DNA of 64,000 nucleotides from an uncultured SAR86 cluster bacterium. GTDB taxonomy: Bacteria > Pseudomonadota > Gammaproteobacteria > Magnimaribacterales > AG-339-G14. The first letter of the stretch is position 1. Every line of letters starts with the position of its first letter. The translations under genes were made by a program, and so were the position numbers. Of this stretch, positions 31,867 through 42,354 are shown in pieces. The stretch lies in NCBI GenBank assembly GCA_902529935.1, contig CABZYK010000001.1, positions 92,268 to 156,267 of the forward strand, given 5' to 3'. The notes under the pieces were generated by a model that had not been told where the DNA came from, made no database searches, and saw only the letters and a program-made list of their open reading frames with translations.

Positions 31867-34800
31867 TTATTCAATACTTTTATGAATATCTTGAATGTTT
31901 TGGACGGACCAATCAAGTCTCTTTTCTAGGACTTCGCATATGGCTAAACCGCCTTGCAAAGTTGTCGTACATGGAATTTTATTATCTAGAGCGGTTCTTC
32001 TGATGGAAGAAGAATCTTGGATAGATTCTTTACCTTCCGTCGTATTAATTAACAAAGAAATTTCATTGTTTTTAATTAAATCAACAACATGTGGTCTTCC
32101 CTCTGCTACTTTATTTATTATTCTTGCCTTAATACCCATTTTTTGAATCTCTCTAGCAGTTCCTTTTGTGGCCACAATGGATAGGTTCAATTGATCTAGC
32201 CTGGTTGCGAGCTCTTCAAGATGAGGTTTATCATTCTCTCTAACGCTAAGAAATACCGACCCTCCATCTGGGATAATTGTTCCAGCTGAGATTTGAGATT
32301 TATCATATGCTTCAGCAAATGATGTACCTATACCCATTACTTCCCCGGTGGATTTCATTTCTGGGCCTAAAATAGGATCGACGTTTTGAAATCTATCAAA
32401 AGGAAGTACTGCTTCTTTAACTGAAAAATGATTTAAATTTGAAGGATTTTTTATTTTTTGTTGCTTAAGAGACTTTCCAATCATTGTCTTGGAAGCTATT
32501 TTTGCCAAAGGAAGTCCAATAGCCTTGGAAACAAATGGTATTGTCCTTGAAGCTCTGGGGTTAACTTCTAGGAGAAATATTTCCTCGTTGGCATATGCCA
32601 TTTGAACATTCATTAATCCAATAATATCCATTTCCTTTGCGATGACTCTCACTTGTTCCTTGATTTTCTTAATAACTTTGTCTGGGAGACTGTAAGGAGG
32701 AAGAGAACAAGCTGAATCGCCTGAATGGATTCCTGCTTGCTCAATATGTTGCATAACTCCGTAAATTTCAACTTGGCTTCCATCGGATATCGCCTCAATA
32801 TCCAACTCAGTAGCAATATCTAGAAATCTATCCAAAAGTACGGGGTTAGAATCAGAAGCTTGTATGGCTTCATCCAGATATTTTTCCAAATCATTATCGT
32901 TATGCACAATCTCCATGGCTCTTCCACCAAGGACATATGAAGGTCTTACAACTATAGGGTAACCAATTTGATGTGCGATAGATTTAGCTTGAGACTTATT
33001 TGAGGCCATCCCATTTGGAGGCTGCTTTAATTTATTTTCATTAACGAATTGTTGAAACCTTTCTCTGTCTTCTGCAAGGTCTATTTTATCTGGTGAAGTT
33101 CCTAAGATTGGTACTTTATTTTTTTCAAGCTCTTGTGCTAGTTTTAATGGAGTTTGTCCTCCAAATTGAATGATTACACCAACAGGATTCTCTAATTCAA
33201 TTATTGCAAGAACGTCTTCAAGAGTAATTGGTTCAAAATACAATCTGTCGGAAGTATCGTAGTCAGTTGAAACAGTTTCAGGATTACAATTAACCATTAT
33301 TGTTTCATACCCTTCTTCTTTCATTGCCATTGATGCATGAACACAGCAATAATCAAATTCTATGCCCTGACCGATTCTATTTGGGCCTCCTCCTAGAACG
33401 ACTACTTTTTTATTTTTTGTTGGGTTTGATTCACATTCGTCTTGATATGTTGAGTACATATAAGCTGTTGTAGTTTCAAACTCTCCTGCACATGTATCAA
33501 CTCTCTTAAAGACAGGTTTGATGTTTAACTTTTGTCTCAAAGATCTTATTTTTTCTTCCGACTGATCTGAAAGAGCCGCTAAACGCTGATCAGAAAAGCC
33601 CATTTTTTTGAGATTGAAAAGGAAATCTCTTGAAGACAAAGTTTTTTTATTTATTTTTTTCTCTGTGGAAATGATTTCTTCAATGGTCTGAAGAAACCAT
33701 GTATCAATTTTAGTCAAATCATGAACTTCATCCAGAGAACTGCCTTGTCTGAAAGCTTCGCCAATAAACCAAAGTCTCTCAGGAGAAGGAGATATTAATT
33801 TTGATCTCAAAGTAGTCTTTGTTAATTCTTCCTCTATGTTGTCAAAACCGGTTTTTCCATTCTCCATACCTCTTATAGCTTTTTGTAATGACTCAGCAAA
33901 ATTACTTCCTATCGCCATTACTTCACCAACAGATTTCATTTGAGAAGTTAGAGTGGAATCAGCTTGAGGGAATTTTTCAAAGTTAAATCTGGGTATTTTA
34001 GTCACCACATAATCAATAGTTGGCTCGAAGGAAGCTGGAATTTTTCCTCCACTGATATCATTACTTAATTCATCTAAAGTAAACCCAACAGCTAATTTTG
34101 CTGCGATTTTAGCAATGGGAAATCCTGTTGCTTTCGATGCTAGAGCTGAAGACCTAGAGACTCTTGGATTCATTTCAATAACCACCATTTCTCCATCTTC
34201 TGGATTTATAGCGAACTGTACATTTGAGCCGCCGGTTTCCACTCCTATTTCTCTGAGAATGGCAAAAGAAGCATTTCTCATTTCTTGATATTCCTTGTCC
34301 GTTAACGTTTGAGCAGGTGCAATAGTAATGGAGTCTCCTGTATGCACTCCCATAGGATCGAAGTTTTCTATGCTACAAATAATTATGCAGTTATCCACTT
34401 TATCCCTTACAACCTCCATTTCGTATTCTTTCCAGCCCGAAAGATACTGATCTATATATAGCTCAGAAGTTGGAGATAGATCCAAACCTCTTAAACATAT
34501 GGATTCGAATTCTTCAGAGTTATAAGCTATTCCACCGCCCATGCCGCCGAGAGTAAAATTTGGTCTAAGAATGCAAGGAAAACCAATTTCCTGTTGGATT
34601 TTTAGTGCTTCCTCTAGATTATGCGCTAATCCAGCTTTTGGAGTCTTTAAACCTATTTTTTTAATCGCTTTTGCAAACAGTTCTCTGTCTTCTGCCTTAT
34701 CGATAGCTTCTTTTGTGGCTCCTATCAACTCGACATTATGTTTTTTCAAAATACCCTTTTGATCTAGATCTAAAGCAGTATTTAAGGCTGTTTGTCCTCC

Positions 34801-35070
34801 CATTGTCGGTAAAAGAGCTGATGGTTTTTCTTTTTCGATTATCTTTTCTAATGTCTTCCAATTAATAGGCTCTATATAGGTTGAGTCAGCAGTCTCAGGA
34901 TCGGTCATTATTGTTGCTGGATTAGAATTCACCAAAATCACTCTATATCCCTCTTCTCGAAGAGCTTTGCATGCTTGCACGCCAGAGTAATCAAATTCAC
35001 ATGCCTGACCAATCACAATTGGACCAGCTCCAATAAGCAAAATGGAATCTAAATCATTTCTTTTTGGCAC
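31867..35070 (-). CDS. carB: Carbamoyl-phosphate synthase large subunit
   Basis: '[15 protein letters not shown]', duplicated ATP-grasp domains, MGS domain; GTG start. Confidence 0.99.
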   Translation of the reverse strand: MPKRNDLDSILLIGAGPIVIGQACEFDYSGVQACKALREEGYRVILVNSNPATIMTDPETADSTYIEPINWKTLEKIIEKEKPSALLPTMGGQTALNTALDLDQKGILKKHNVELIGATKEAIDKAEDRELFAKAIKKIGLKTPKAGLAHNLEEALKIQQEIGFPCILRPNFTLGGMGGGIAYNSEEFESICLRGLDLSPTSELYIDQYLSGWKEYEMEVVRDKVDNCIIICSIENFDPMGVHTGDSITIAPAQTLTDKEYQEMRNASFAILREIGVETGGSNVQFAINPEDGEMVVIEMNPRVSRSSALASKATGFPIAKIAAKLAVGFTLDELSNDISGGKIPASFEPTIDYVVTKIPRFNFEKFPQADSTLTSQMKSVGEVMAIGSNFAESLQKAIRGMENGKTGFDNIEEELTKTTLRSKLISPSPERLWFIGEAFRQGSSLDEVHDLTKIDTWFLQTIEEIISTEKKINKKTLSSRDFLFNLKKMGFSDQRLAALSDQSEEKIRSLRQKLNIKPVFKRVDTCAGEFETTTAYMYSTYQDECESNPTKNKKVVVLGGGPNRIGQGIEFDYCCVHASMAMKEEGYETIMVNCNPETVSTDYDTSDRLYFEPITLEDVLAIIELENPVGVIIQFGGQTPLKLAQELEKNKVPILGTSPDKIDLAEDRERFQQFVNENKLKQPPNGMASNKSQAKSIAHQIGYPIVVRPSYVLGGRAMEIVHNDNDLEKYLDEAIQASDSNPVLLDRFLDIATELDIEAISDGSQVEIYGVMQHIEQAGIHSGDSACSLPPYSLPDKVIKKIKEQVRVIAKEMDIIGLMNVQMAYANEEIFLLEVNPRASRTIPFVSKAIGLPLAKIASKTMIGKSLKQQKIKNPSNLNHFSVKEAVLPFDRFQNVDPILGPEMKSTGEVMGIGTSFAEAYDKSQISAGTIIPDGGSVFLSVRENDKPHLEELATRLDQLNLSIVATKGTAREIQKMGIKARIINKVAEGRPHVVDLIKNNEISLLINTTEGKESIQDSSSIRRTALDNKIPCTTTLQGGLAICEVLEKRLDWSVQNIQDIHKSIE

Positions 35071-36175
35071 TGCTTTTGACTACTGTTAAAAATTTATCGA
35101 ATAATTCTTGTATTTCTTGCGGACCGGGACTGGCTTCGGGATGTCCTTGAAAACTGAAGCATCTTTTATCGGATGTTTCTATTCCTTGAATGGTTTCATC
35201 AAATAAAGAAAGGTGTGTAATTTTTACATCCTCAGGAATTGATCTCGAATCAATGGTAAATCCATGATTTTGGCTTGTTATGAAAACTCTATTTGAATCC
35301 AAGTCTTTAACAGGATGGTTGGCGCCATGATGTCCAAACTTCATTTTGATAGTTTTCATTCCCAAAGCTAATCCTAAAAGTTGATGGCCTAAACAAATGC
35401 CGAACATTGGAATTCTTTTTGTCCTAAGTTCCTTAATGCATTTAATTGCATACTTGCAGGGTTCAGGATCACCAGGTCCATTAGAAAGAAATACTCCGTC
35501 GGGCTTCATTGCCATAATCTCTGCAGCAGTTGTTTTAGCTGGAACCACGATCACTTGAAATCCTCTATCTTTAAGCATTCGTAAAATGTTGTGCTTTACT
35601 CCAAAATCGATCGCAACTATTTTTAAATTATTATCATCGAAATCCTTCCTCCAAGAGGGTTCTTTCCATTCGTATACTTTTTTCGTTGAAACAACTGAGG
35701 CGAGATCTTTTCCACCTAAAGGCACAAACTCTTCAATTAATTTAAGCGCTTTCTTTTTATGATCTTTGCCGGAAACGATGGCACCTACTTTTGCACCTTC
35801 GTTTCTGATTATTCGAGTGACTTTTCTAGTATCAATTCCATAAATACCTGAAATATTTTTTGTCTTTAGGAAGTTTGATAAATCATCCTGTTTTCTCCAA
35901 TTGCTTGTAATTGTTGACGGGTCTCTGATGATGACCCCATTACATCCGTTTGAATCGGACTCTAAATCATCATCATTAGTTCCTACGTTACCTATGTGAG
36001 GGTATGTAAAATTAATAATTTGATCGGTATAAGATGGATCAGATATTATTTCTTGATACCCAGACATGGAAGTATTGAAAACGACTTCTCCGCAAGTATC
36101 AGCATTTTTACCAACGGAAAAACCTTCAAAAAATCTTTCGGAATCCAAATATAAATAAGCTTTTTTTTCTGTCAT
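35054..36175 (-). CDS. carA: Carbamoyl-phosphate synthase small subunit
   Basis: 'GEVVFNT', 'SNGPGDP', 'GICLGHQ', '[10 protein letters not shown]'. Confidence 0.98.
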   Translation of the reverse strand: MTEKKAYLYLDSERFFEGFSVGKNADTCGEVVFNTSMSGYQEIISDPSYTDQIINFTYPHIGNVGTNDDDLESDSNGCNGVIIRDPSTITSNWRKQDDLSNFLKTKNISGIYGIDTRKVTRIIRNEGAKVGAIVSGKDHKKKALKLIEEFVPLGGKDLASVVSTKKVYEWKEPSWRKDFDDNNLKIVAIDFGVKHNILRMLKDRGFQVIVVPAKTTAAEIMAMKPDGVFLSNGPGDPEPCKYAIKCIKELRTKRIPMFGICLGHQLLGLALGMKTIKMKFGHHGANHPVKDLDSNRVFITSQNHGFTIDSRSIPEDVKITHLSLFDETIQGIETSDKRCFSFQGHPEASPGPQEIQELFDKFLTVVKSSAKKK

Positions 36176-36181
36176 TTAGGC

Positions 36182-36219
36182 AAAAAAAAACGCGGAACTA
36201 AATTTTTAGTCTCGCGTTT
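36182..36219 (-). terminator. Intrinsic terminator-like hairpin directly upstream of carA (attenuator candidate)
   Basis: CGCGAGACTAA-AAAT-TTAGTTCCGCG followed by T9; ends 6 nt before carA ATG. Confidence 0.75.
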
Positions 36220-36245
36220 CAGATCTTTTCTAATGCTACTGGCAT
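36219..36245 (-). CDS. Putative carA leader peptide MPVALEKI
   Basis: ATG CCA GTA GCA TTA GAA AAG ATC TGA; stop abuts the terminator 5' arm. Confidence 0.4.
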   Translation of the reverse strand: MPVALEKI

Positions 36246-36254
36246 TAGAAGGAC

Positions 36255-36283
36255 ACTATAATGAAGAGTACTTAATAAGTCTA
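36255..36283 (-). promoter_or_regulatory. Putative carA promoter; its -10 overlaps a TATAAT (36257-36262) facing map
   Basis: TAGACT-17 nt-TATAGT on the minus strand. Confidence 0.6.
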
Positions 36284-37074
36284 TGACTTATGATGTAAAA
36301 TCTCAAAAAATGATTAAAAGTTCTGACGAAATAGCCAAAATGAAGGTTGCAGGAAAGCTTGCAGCTCAAACTTTGGAAATGATTGAACAACACGTTCAAC
36401 CAGGGGTATCTACAGGTGAGTTGGATAGAATCTGTCACGATTACATTGTCAATGAAATTGACTGTATTCCTGCTCCCCTAAATTACAATGGTTTTCCAAA
36501 ATCTATTTGCACTTCGATAAATCAAGTGGTTTGTCACGGAATACCTGATGACAACAGAGTCCTAAAAAACGGAGATATTATCAATATTGATGTAACTGTG
36601 ATCAAAGACGGTTACCACGGAGATACAAGCAAGATGTTTTTTGTTGGAAAAAAACAACCTCATGCAGAAAGGCTGGTAAGTATTACTCAAGAATGTCTTT
36701 ATAAAGCCATAGCAATATGCAAGCCAGGAATAAACCTAGGTGACATAGGATATGTGATTCAAAAACATGCAGAAGAAAATCACTACTCAGTTGTCAGAGA
36801 TTATTGCGGGCATGGTATTGGCAAAGTTTTCCATGAGGATCCTCAAATTCTTCACTACGGAAATCCAGGAACTGGAATGGAATTAAAAGCGGGTATGTGT
36901 TTTACCATTGAACCTATGATTAATCTTGGGACTCATAAAACCAAATTATCTAAAAATGATGGCTGGACAGTAGAAACTATTGATGGAAGATTGTCAGCCC
37001 AATGGGAGCATACGTTGGCTATAACCGATGATGGCTGCGAAGTTCTTACTGCTAGATCAGAAGAAACTCTATGA
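36283..37074 (+). CDS. map: Methionine aminopeptidase type I
   Basis: 'VVCHGIP', 'NIDVTV..DGYHGD', 'GHGIG..FHE', 'FTIEPMIN', 'QWEHT'. Confidence 0.98.
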   Translation: MTYDVKSQKMIKSSDEIAKMKVAGKLAAQTLEMIEQHVQPGVSTGELDRICHDYIVNEIDCIPAPLNYNGFPKSICTSINQVVCHGIPDDNRVLKNGDIINIDVTVIKDGYHGDTSKMFFVGKKQPHAERLVSITQECLYKAIAICKPGINLGDIGYVIQKHAEENHYSVVRDYCGHGIGKVFHEDPQILHYGNPGTGMELKAGMCFTIEPMINLGTHKTKLSKNDGWTVETIDGRLSAQWEHTLAITDDGCEVLTARSEETL

Positions 37075-38234
37075 ATCATTTACTGTCTAAAATTGGATCT
37101 TATCCATTTGAAAAACTTAATCTTCTACATAAGGACATAAAGCCATCAAAAGAAGTAATCAACCTGTCCATTGGTGAGCCAAAATTAAATGCTGACTCCA
37201 AAGTCCTCGACATTTTGAATAAAGAAACAAATTCTTTTTCAAACTACCCTCCTATGAATGCAGTTCCTGAATTATCAGAGGCATATCGGCAATATTTGAA
37301 AAATCATTTCGGTATTGAGAATGTTGCTGATGATGAAGTTTGTCTTGTAGCTGGCACAAGAGAAGGAACATTCTCAATCATTCAGGCTCTCTTTAATAAA
37401 GAGAATGTTAAAGAAAAGCCCTATGTTGTAATGCCAAATCCTTTTTATCAAATTTACGGCGGAGCAACGACTCTTGCCGGTGGAGAAGCGAAGTTTTTGG
37501 ATTGTCCTGAAGAAGACAATTTTCAGCCTGATTTAGATTCCCTTAAAAGTGAGGATTGGCAGAAGTGTCAAATTTTAGTTCTCTGTTCCCCAAACAATCC
37601 AACTGGGTCTGTTTTACCTCTAAGCAAACTTAAGAATATTTTAGATTTAGCTGAAAAGTATGACTTTTATGTTGTTTCTGATGAGTGCTATGTAGATTTA
37701 TATACCTCTGAGAAATCCTGTCCAAGTATCCTCCAAGCTTCATCAGATAGATCGGATAGATTGATTGCTCTTCATAGCTTATCGAAAAGATCTAATTTAC
37801 CTGGCTTTAGATCGGGTTTTGCTTGCTCCGGTAAAAAAACCATTTCTGCCTACAAGAAGTTTAGGTCTTTTCATGGGGTCAGCGTTCCTTTGCCAATTCA
37901 AAAGGCGAGCGTTGAAGCTTGGCTGAATTATGATTTTGTCGCTGAAAATAGAAAGTCTTACAACGATAAATTTAGCCTGGCAGCAGATATCTTTAAAGAT
38001 AAAGTAAACAATGTAATTCCTGAAGGTGCTTTCTATCTTTGGTTGGATGTTGTAGACGGTCAATCTTTCTCAAAAAATATTCTTGAAAAAGAGGGTTTAA
38101 TTGTACTTCCTGGAAGTTATTTATCTGCCGAGGTCAATGGTTTTAATCCTGGAGAAAAATACGTAAGAATTGCTTTAGTGTATGATTTTGAAACCACAGA
38201 AGAAGCATTGAAAAGAATCAATAATCTTTTATAA
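37071..38234 (+). CDS. dapC: Succinyldiaminopimelate aminotransferase
   Basis: 'YPFEKL', 'PNPFYQIY', PLP Lys in 'SLSKRSNLPGFRSG'; next to dapD. Confidence 0.9.
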   Translation: MNHLLSKIGSYPFEKLNLLHKDIKPSKEVINLSIGEPKLNADSKVLDILNKETNSFSNYPPMNAVPELSEAYRQYLKNHFGIENVADDEVCLVAGTREGTFSIIQALFNKENVKEKPYVVMPNPFYQIYGGATTLAGGEAKFLDCPEEDNFQPDLDSLKSEDWQKCQILVLCSPNNPTGSVLPLSKLKNILDLAEKYDFYVVSDECYVDLYTSEKSCPSILQASSDRSDRLIALHSLSKRSNLPGFRSGFACSGKKTISAYKKFRSFHGVSVPLPIQKASVEAWLNYDFVAENRKSYNDKFSLAADIFKDKVNNVIPEGAFYLWLDVVDGQSFSKNILEKEGLIVLPGSYLSAEVNGFNPGEKYVRIALVYDFETTEEALKRINNLL

Positions 38235-38238
38235 AAAA

Positions 38239-39126
38239 ATGATGAATCAAAAATGGATTGGTTTTGGCAAAGGAACCAAAAATAAAAAGGGTGAATACAT
38301 TGAAATGTATTTTTCACCTGATGATATATCTACAAGTGCTGCAGAAATCAAAGAAGGATATGAAAAGGTAGAAGTTTCTGATGATGTGCCACCCTCTTCA
38401 GTCCCAGAAGCTTATCTGAAGTTACATCTTCTTTCTCTTCGCTTGGTAAAGCCCAACGAAACTAATTTAGAGGGTATTTTTGGCATATTACACACCGTAG
38501 CATGGACCTCAGCTGGTCCAATAGATTCTAATGAATTAAAAGAATTTCTTAATGAAAAAAGAAGTAAAGGCGAATACGTAAAAGTGTATTCAGTTGATAA
38601 GTTTCCTTGCTTAACAGATTACGTTGCATTGAATGATATAAGGATTGCAGATGCCAGCAGAGTCAGATTAGGAGCTTATCTTGGGCCAGGAACTACTGTT
38701 ATGCATGAAGGTTCGGTTAATTTCAATGGTGGAACCCTAGGTGAAGCAATGGTTGAAGGCAGAATTGCTCAAGGGGTGATAGTTGGGGATAAATCAGATA
38801 TTGGCGGAGGTGCCTCTACTCTTGGAACTCTATCTGGAGGCAACGAAGTGATCATATCCATTGGAGAAAGTTGTTTGCTGGGTGCAAATTCAGGCTTGGG
38901 CATTCCTCTTGGAGATCGATGCACAATTGAATCAGGTCTTTATGTAACTGGTTCATCAAAAGTTCAAGTAATAGAAAACGGAAAAGTAAAAGAAACTGTC
39001 AAAGCGATGGAATTGGCGCATAAGTCCGATCTCTTGTTCATTAGAAATTCAATCACCGGCTCTATTGAATGCCGAGACAACCGAAACGTTAACGAATTAA
39101 ACGAAGACCTTCACGATAATAATTAA
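38239..39126 (+). CDS. dapD: Tetrahydrodipicolinate N-succinyltransferase (Pseudomonas-type)
   Basis: 'AYLKLHLLS', 'VDKFP', 'RVRLGAYL..GTTVMHEG', 'LFIRNS', 'LNEDLH'. Confidence 0.95.
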   Translation: MMNQKWIGFGKGTKNKKGEYIEMYFSPDDISTSAAEIKEGYEKVEVSDDVPPSSVPEAYLKLHLLSLRLVKPNETNLEGIFGILHTVAWTSAGPIDSNELKEFLNEKRSKGEYVKVYSVDKFPCLTDYVALNDIRIADASRVRLGAYLGPGTTVMHEGSVNFNGGTLGEAMVEGRIAQGVIVGDKSDIGGGASTLGTLSGGNEVIISIGESCLLGANSGLGIPLGDRCTIESGLYVTGSSKVQVIENGKVKETVKAMELAHKSDLLFIRNSITGSIECRDNRNVNELNEDLHDNN

Positions 39127-39287
39127 TGGTCATTAATCTTCTTCTAACTTGGCTGGCTCTTTATGTAATTGCATACGCCACAACCTTTATTTTCAAGGGA
39201 ATTGATCCCAAGAAAAGGTGGTGGCTGTCTTTGCAATTAAGTTTCTTAGGTTTTTTAGTATCAGTAATTTGGTATAACTTTTTTTAA
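39126..39287 (+). CDS. Small 53-aa two-TM membrane protein (absent from the ORF track)
   Basis: MVINLLLTWLALYVIAYATTFIFKGIDPKKRWWLSLQLSFLGFLVSVIWYNFF; TAATG overlap with dapD; fills the gap. Confidence 0.7.
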   Translation: MVINLLLTWLALYVIAYATTFIFKGIDPKKRWWLSLQLSFLGFLVSVIWYNFF

Positions 39288-39291
39288 AGTT

Positions 39292-40209
39292 TTACTCAGA
39301 ATAAGTAATAGTGACAACGTTTGAGCCAGTGCCCTCTCCGTATTCGTTGGTGCCAAAGACTCTGTACCAGTAGGTGTTTCCAGATGAAATAGAATTATCT
39401 GTATAAGAATCGGTGCTCACACTCGCTATAGCTTCATAAATACCATCTGCAGTTTGTTTTCTTTTCAGGGTATAACCGGTATGTCTGTCGTCTCCTTTTT
39501 GCCAGGATAGTGAAGCAGAGGATTCAGAAAACGAAGCTTTTAAATTTAGAGGAGAAGATGGAGGGATATTTATTTTCTTACAACTCGTCACAGAATCATT
39601 AATATTTTCCATTCGAAAACACTGATTTGCGATCATTTCAATAGCGTAGGTACCTGTGTTAAAACAGTTATTGCAGTTACCTACATAACCTCCGCCAATT
39701 CCACCATGACATGAAGTATCGCCATAATCACTTTTGTCATCAACATTGTTTGTGACAAAAATTTTTCCATTTTTTACTCTCACCAAGCACTGTTGTGGTC
39801 CGGTTTCGGAGAAGCTCTGACCAAGGTTGTGAGGATAAGTCATTAAAACTTTTGTATCATCAACTGATTCAATTTTCATATTTTGACTTACTATGTAAAT
39901 ACCATCTTGATTTTTCCAGTACCCATTATAAATTTCTGTATCATTACAAGCCCCGTACCGACAAGTTGAAGTACAACTCCACTCTCCTACTAAATCTTGT
40001 TCGGAATTTATACCTCCAGTTTGTAGATTATTAATACGGGTTAGAATTTCATTTAAAACATCGGCTGAAATAACATCGCCAGCATTTATGTTTATAGGCT
40101 CAGGATTACAAACTACTTCATCATAGGGGCCACCATATCCCGACGGAATAGTAGATTGAGAAAATAATGTATTTGAGCCTAAGAAAATTAAGATTGAGAA
40201 AATTTTCAT
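39292..40209 (-). CDS. Secreted Cys-rich protein with C-terminal fibronectin type III domain
   Basis: Signal-like 'MKIFSILIFLGSNTLFS'; FN3 'PPSSPLNL..LSW..GY..YTD..GNTYWYRV..N.YGEG.SN'. Confidence 0.78.
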   Translation of the reverse strand: MKIFSILIFLGSNTLFSQSTIPSGYGGPYDEVVCNPEPININAGDVISADVLNEILTRINNLQTGGINSEQDLVGEWSCTSTCRYGACNDTEIYNGYWKNQDGIYIVSQNMKIESVDDTKVLMTYPHNLGQSFSETGPQQCLVRVKNGKIFVTNNVDDKSDYGDTSCHGGIGGGYVGNCNNCFNTGTYAIEMIANQCFRMENINDSVTSCKKINIPPSSPLNLKASFSESSASLSWQKGDDRHTGYTLKRKQTADGIYEAIASVSTDSYTDNSISSGNTYWYRVFGTNEYGEGTGSNVVTITYSE

Positions 40210-40213
40210 TGAG

Positions 40214-40432
40214 TTAGTTAAATATTGCTTCATCAAATTTAGTATTTTCATAAGTTGAAATTTCCTCTATATCCTTGTCAGATTCCAATTGGTTATTTTG
40301 AAGGCTTGAATCCGTATTAGCCTGTGAATTAATTTCCAATTCTATTTCATCAGAATTAGATGATTCACCTCCACATGAAATTAAAGTAACAGAAATTGTA
40401 AAGATAAATAGCAAGTAAAAAAAAATTTTCAT
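40214..40432 (-). CDS. Small acidic lipoprotein
   Basis: Lipobox 'LISC' then GG; ATGA overlap with the upstream transporter. Confidence 0.75.
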   Translation of the reverse strand: MKIFFYLLFIFTISVTLISCGGESSNSDEIELEINSQANTDSSLQNNQLESDKDIEEISTYENTKFDEAIFN

Positions 40433-41922
40433 TGTTCAACTTTTCCTTTAATGAAGAAAGACAATACAATTAAGACCACTGCTAAAACAAGGTAGTAATA
40501 TACTAGCTCTGAAAATATAGGCGTCATGCTATCTAATCCAGTTGACGTAGCCTCGCCACCAAACAATCCTGCCAAAACACCTCCTAGGGAAGAGGCAAGA
40601 AACCACAATCCCATCATCTGTCCTAAGTATCTCTTTGGAGAGTATTTAGAAAAAGCTGATAACCCTACCGGAGATAAAGCTAACTCTCCAAAGGTATGCA
40701 GTAAATAAGTTAACAGTAACCACTGGACGCCTACCGGGGATGAAACTAAAGCGTACTCAACTGCAAAAAGCATGATTATAAAACCCAGAGCCATGAAGAT
40801 TAAACCTATAGCGAATTTAACAGGTGTATTTGGATTGAGATTCCTTTTTCCTAAGAATACCCATATGTAAGCAAAAAACGGAGCGAACATTACCACGAAC
40901 AGTGGATTAGCAAATTGAGTCCAACTGACAGGTGCAGTAAAAGTTCCAAAGGTTAGATCAACGTAGTCTCTGGTAAAAATAGTCAAAGAACCGGCCGATT
41001 GATCGAATCCAGACCAAAAAGCTGCCGCACCTATGAACAATAATAGAAGCATCAAGACGTTTCTTTTCTCTGCTGAGTTAAGTCCAGCAAAAAGAAAAAG
41101 GTAGGCAAAATAAACCATTGAAAGGATGACAAGGAAATCTCTAAATCTTTCAGCAAAAAATACTGCATCAACCGACCACCACCCTAAAAGGCCTGAGAGG
41201 ACTATTAAAGAAACCAACACAATAATCCCTAAAGAAATATTTCTGAGTTTAATTTTGTATTCGTCAGAATTAGGATTCGGATTCAAACCGGCTTCTCCGA
41301 GTTGGCTTCTAAAATAAATAAATTGGATTACACCTAGAAGCATTCCAAATCCGGCTGCACCAAATCCCCAATGCCATCCTACTTTTTCCCCTAGCCATCC
41401 GCAGACTGCAAAACCAAGCATGCTTCCGATGTTGATAGACATGTAGAAAATCGTAAAACCTGAATCTCTTCTATCGTCGTTAGTAGAATAAAGTTGGCCG
41501 ACAATCGATGATATATTGGGTTTAAGTAAACCTGTTCCAGCAGCGACTAAAATTAGTCCTAGAATAAAAGTTTGTTCCAATGGAATTGCTAAAGTGAAAT
41601 GACCAAGCATTATGATCAAAGCTCCAAATAAAACCGCTCTTTGATAGCCCAATAGGTTATCTGCTAGCCAGCCGCCAGGGAGAGCTAAGAAATAGACCAT
41701 GCCTGCATAGATGCCGTAAATTGCATTTGCTTCTGCATTGGACCAATCTAAACCAGGATTGCCAGTTACCCCTACGGTCATGTAGAGAACCAATAAACCA
41801 CGCATCCCGTAATAGGACATCCTTTCCCAAAGTTCGGTAAAAAAAAGTGTTCTTAAGCCTTTTGGATGACCAAAAAATCCTTGATCAATCGAATCTGTAT
41901 TTTCTGTTTCTGGATTCATCAT
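40429..41922 (-). CDS. Proton-dependent oligopeptide transporter (POT/DtpT family)
   Basis: 'FFGHPKGL', ExxER 'ELWERMSYYG', 'FYMSINIG', 'GELALSPVGLS'. Confidence 0.95.
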   Translation of the reverse strand: MMNPETENTDSIDQGFFGHPKGLRTLFFTELWERMSYYGMRGLLVLYMTVGVTGNPGLDWSNAEANAIYGIYAGMVYFLALPGGWLADNLLGYQRAVLFGALIIMLGHFTLAIPLEQTFILGLILVAAGTGLLKPNISSIVGQLYSTNDDRRDSGFTIFYMSINIGSMLGFAVCGWLGEKVGWHWGFGAAGFGMLLGVIQFIYFRSQLGEAGLNPNPNSDEYKIKLRNISLGIIVLVSLIVLSGLLGWWSVDAVFFAERFRDFLVILSMVYFAYLFLFAGLNSAEKRNVLMLLLLFIGAAAFWSGFDQSAGSLTIFTRDYVDLTFGTFTAPVSWTQFANPLFVVMFAPFFAYIWVFLGKRNLNPNTPVKFAIGLIFMALGFIIMLFAVEYALVSSPVGVQWLLLTYLLHTFGELALSPVGLSAFSKYSPKRYLGQMMGLWFLASSLGGVLAGLFGGEATSTGLDSMTPIFSELVYYYLVLAVVLIVLSFFIKGKVEQ

Positions 41923-41955
41923 AAATATAGGAATTTAAGATATCATAATTCTAGA

Positions 41956-42354
41956 ATGTTCTTTAGAAGATTATTGGCGTTATTTTATGACTTGCTTTTA
42001 ATAGCAGGCATATTGCTCAGTTTCACTCTATTAATCGTTATCATTAACGGCGGTGCCATTTCATCTTTCCTAGGAAGCAACTTGATGCTTCTCTCGTATT
42101 TTTTAATTTCGTTTATTTTTTATATTTATTTTTGGCATTTCAACGATGGACAAACCCTTGGAATGCAAGCTTGGAAAATAAAATTAGTTGCAAATGATAA
42201 TCAAGCAATCTCCATAAAATCTATGCTTCAAAGGTTGGTGTTGGGCTTATTATTTGGATCAATAGCAGGTTTAAATTTTTTTGTGATTCTGTTTAGATCA
42301 GACAAAAGAAGTCTCAATGATATCTTCTCAAAGACCAAAATTGTTCGCTCTTAA
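41956..42354 (+). CDS. RDD family membrane protein
   Basis: 'RRLLALFYDLL', 'GQTLGMQAWKIKL', 'SLNDIFSKT'; start set at MFFRR. Confidence 0.9.
   Translation: MFFRRLLALFYDLLLIAGILLSFTLLIVIINGGAISSFLGSNLMLLSYFLISFIFYIYFWHFNDGQTLGMQAWKIKLVANDNQAISIKSMLQRLVLGLLFGSIAGLNFFVILFRSDKRSLNDIFSKTKIVRS

Noticed and set aside
39660-39725. Possible heme-binding motif in the FN3 protein (SCH...CNNC)
   Set aside because: No CxxCH; the cysteines more likely form disulfides.
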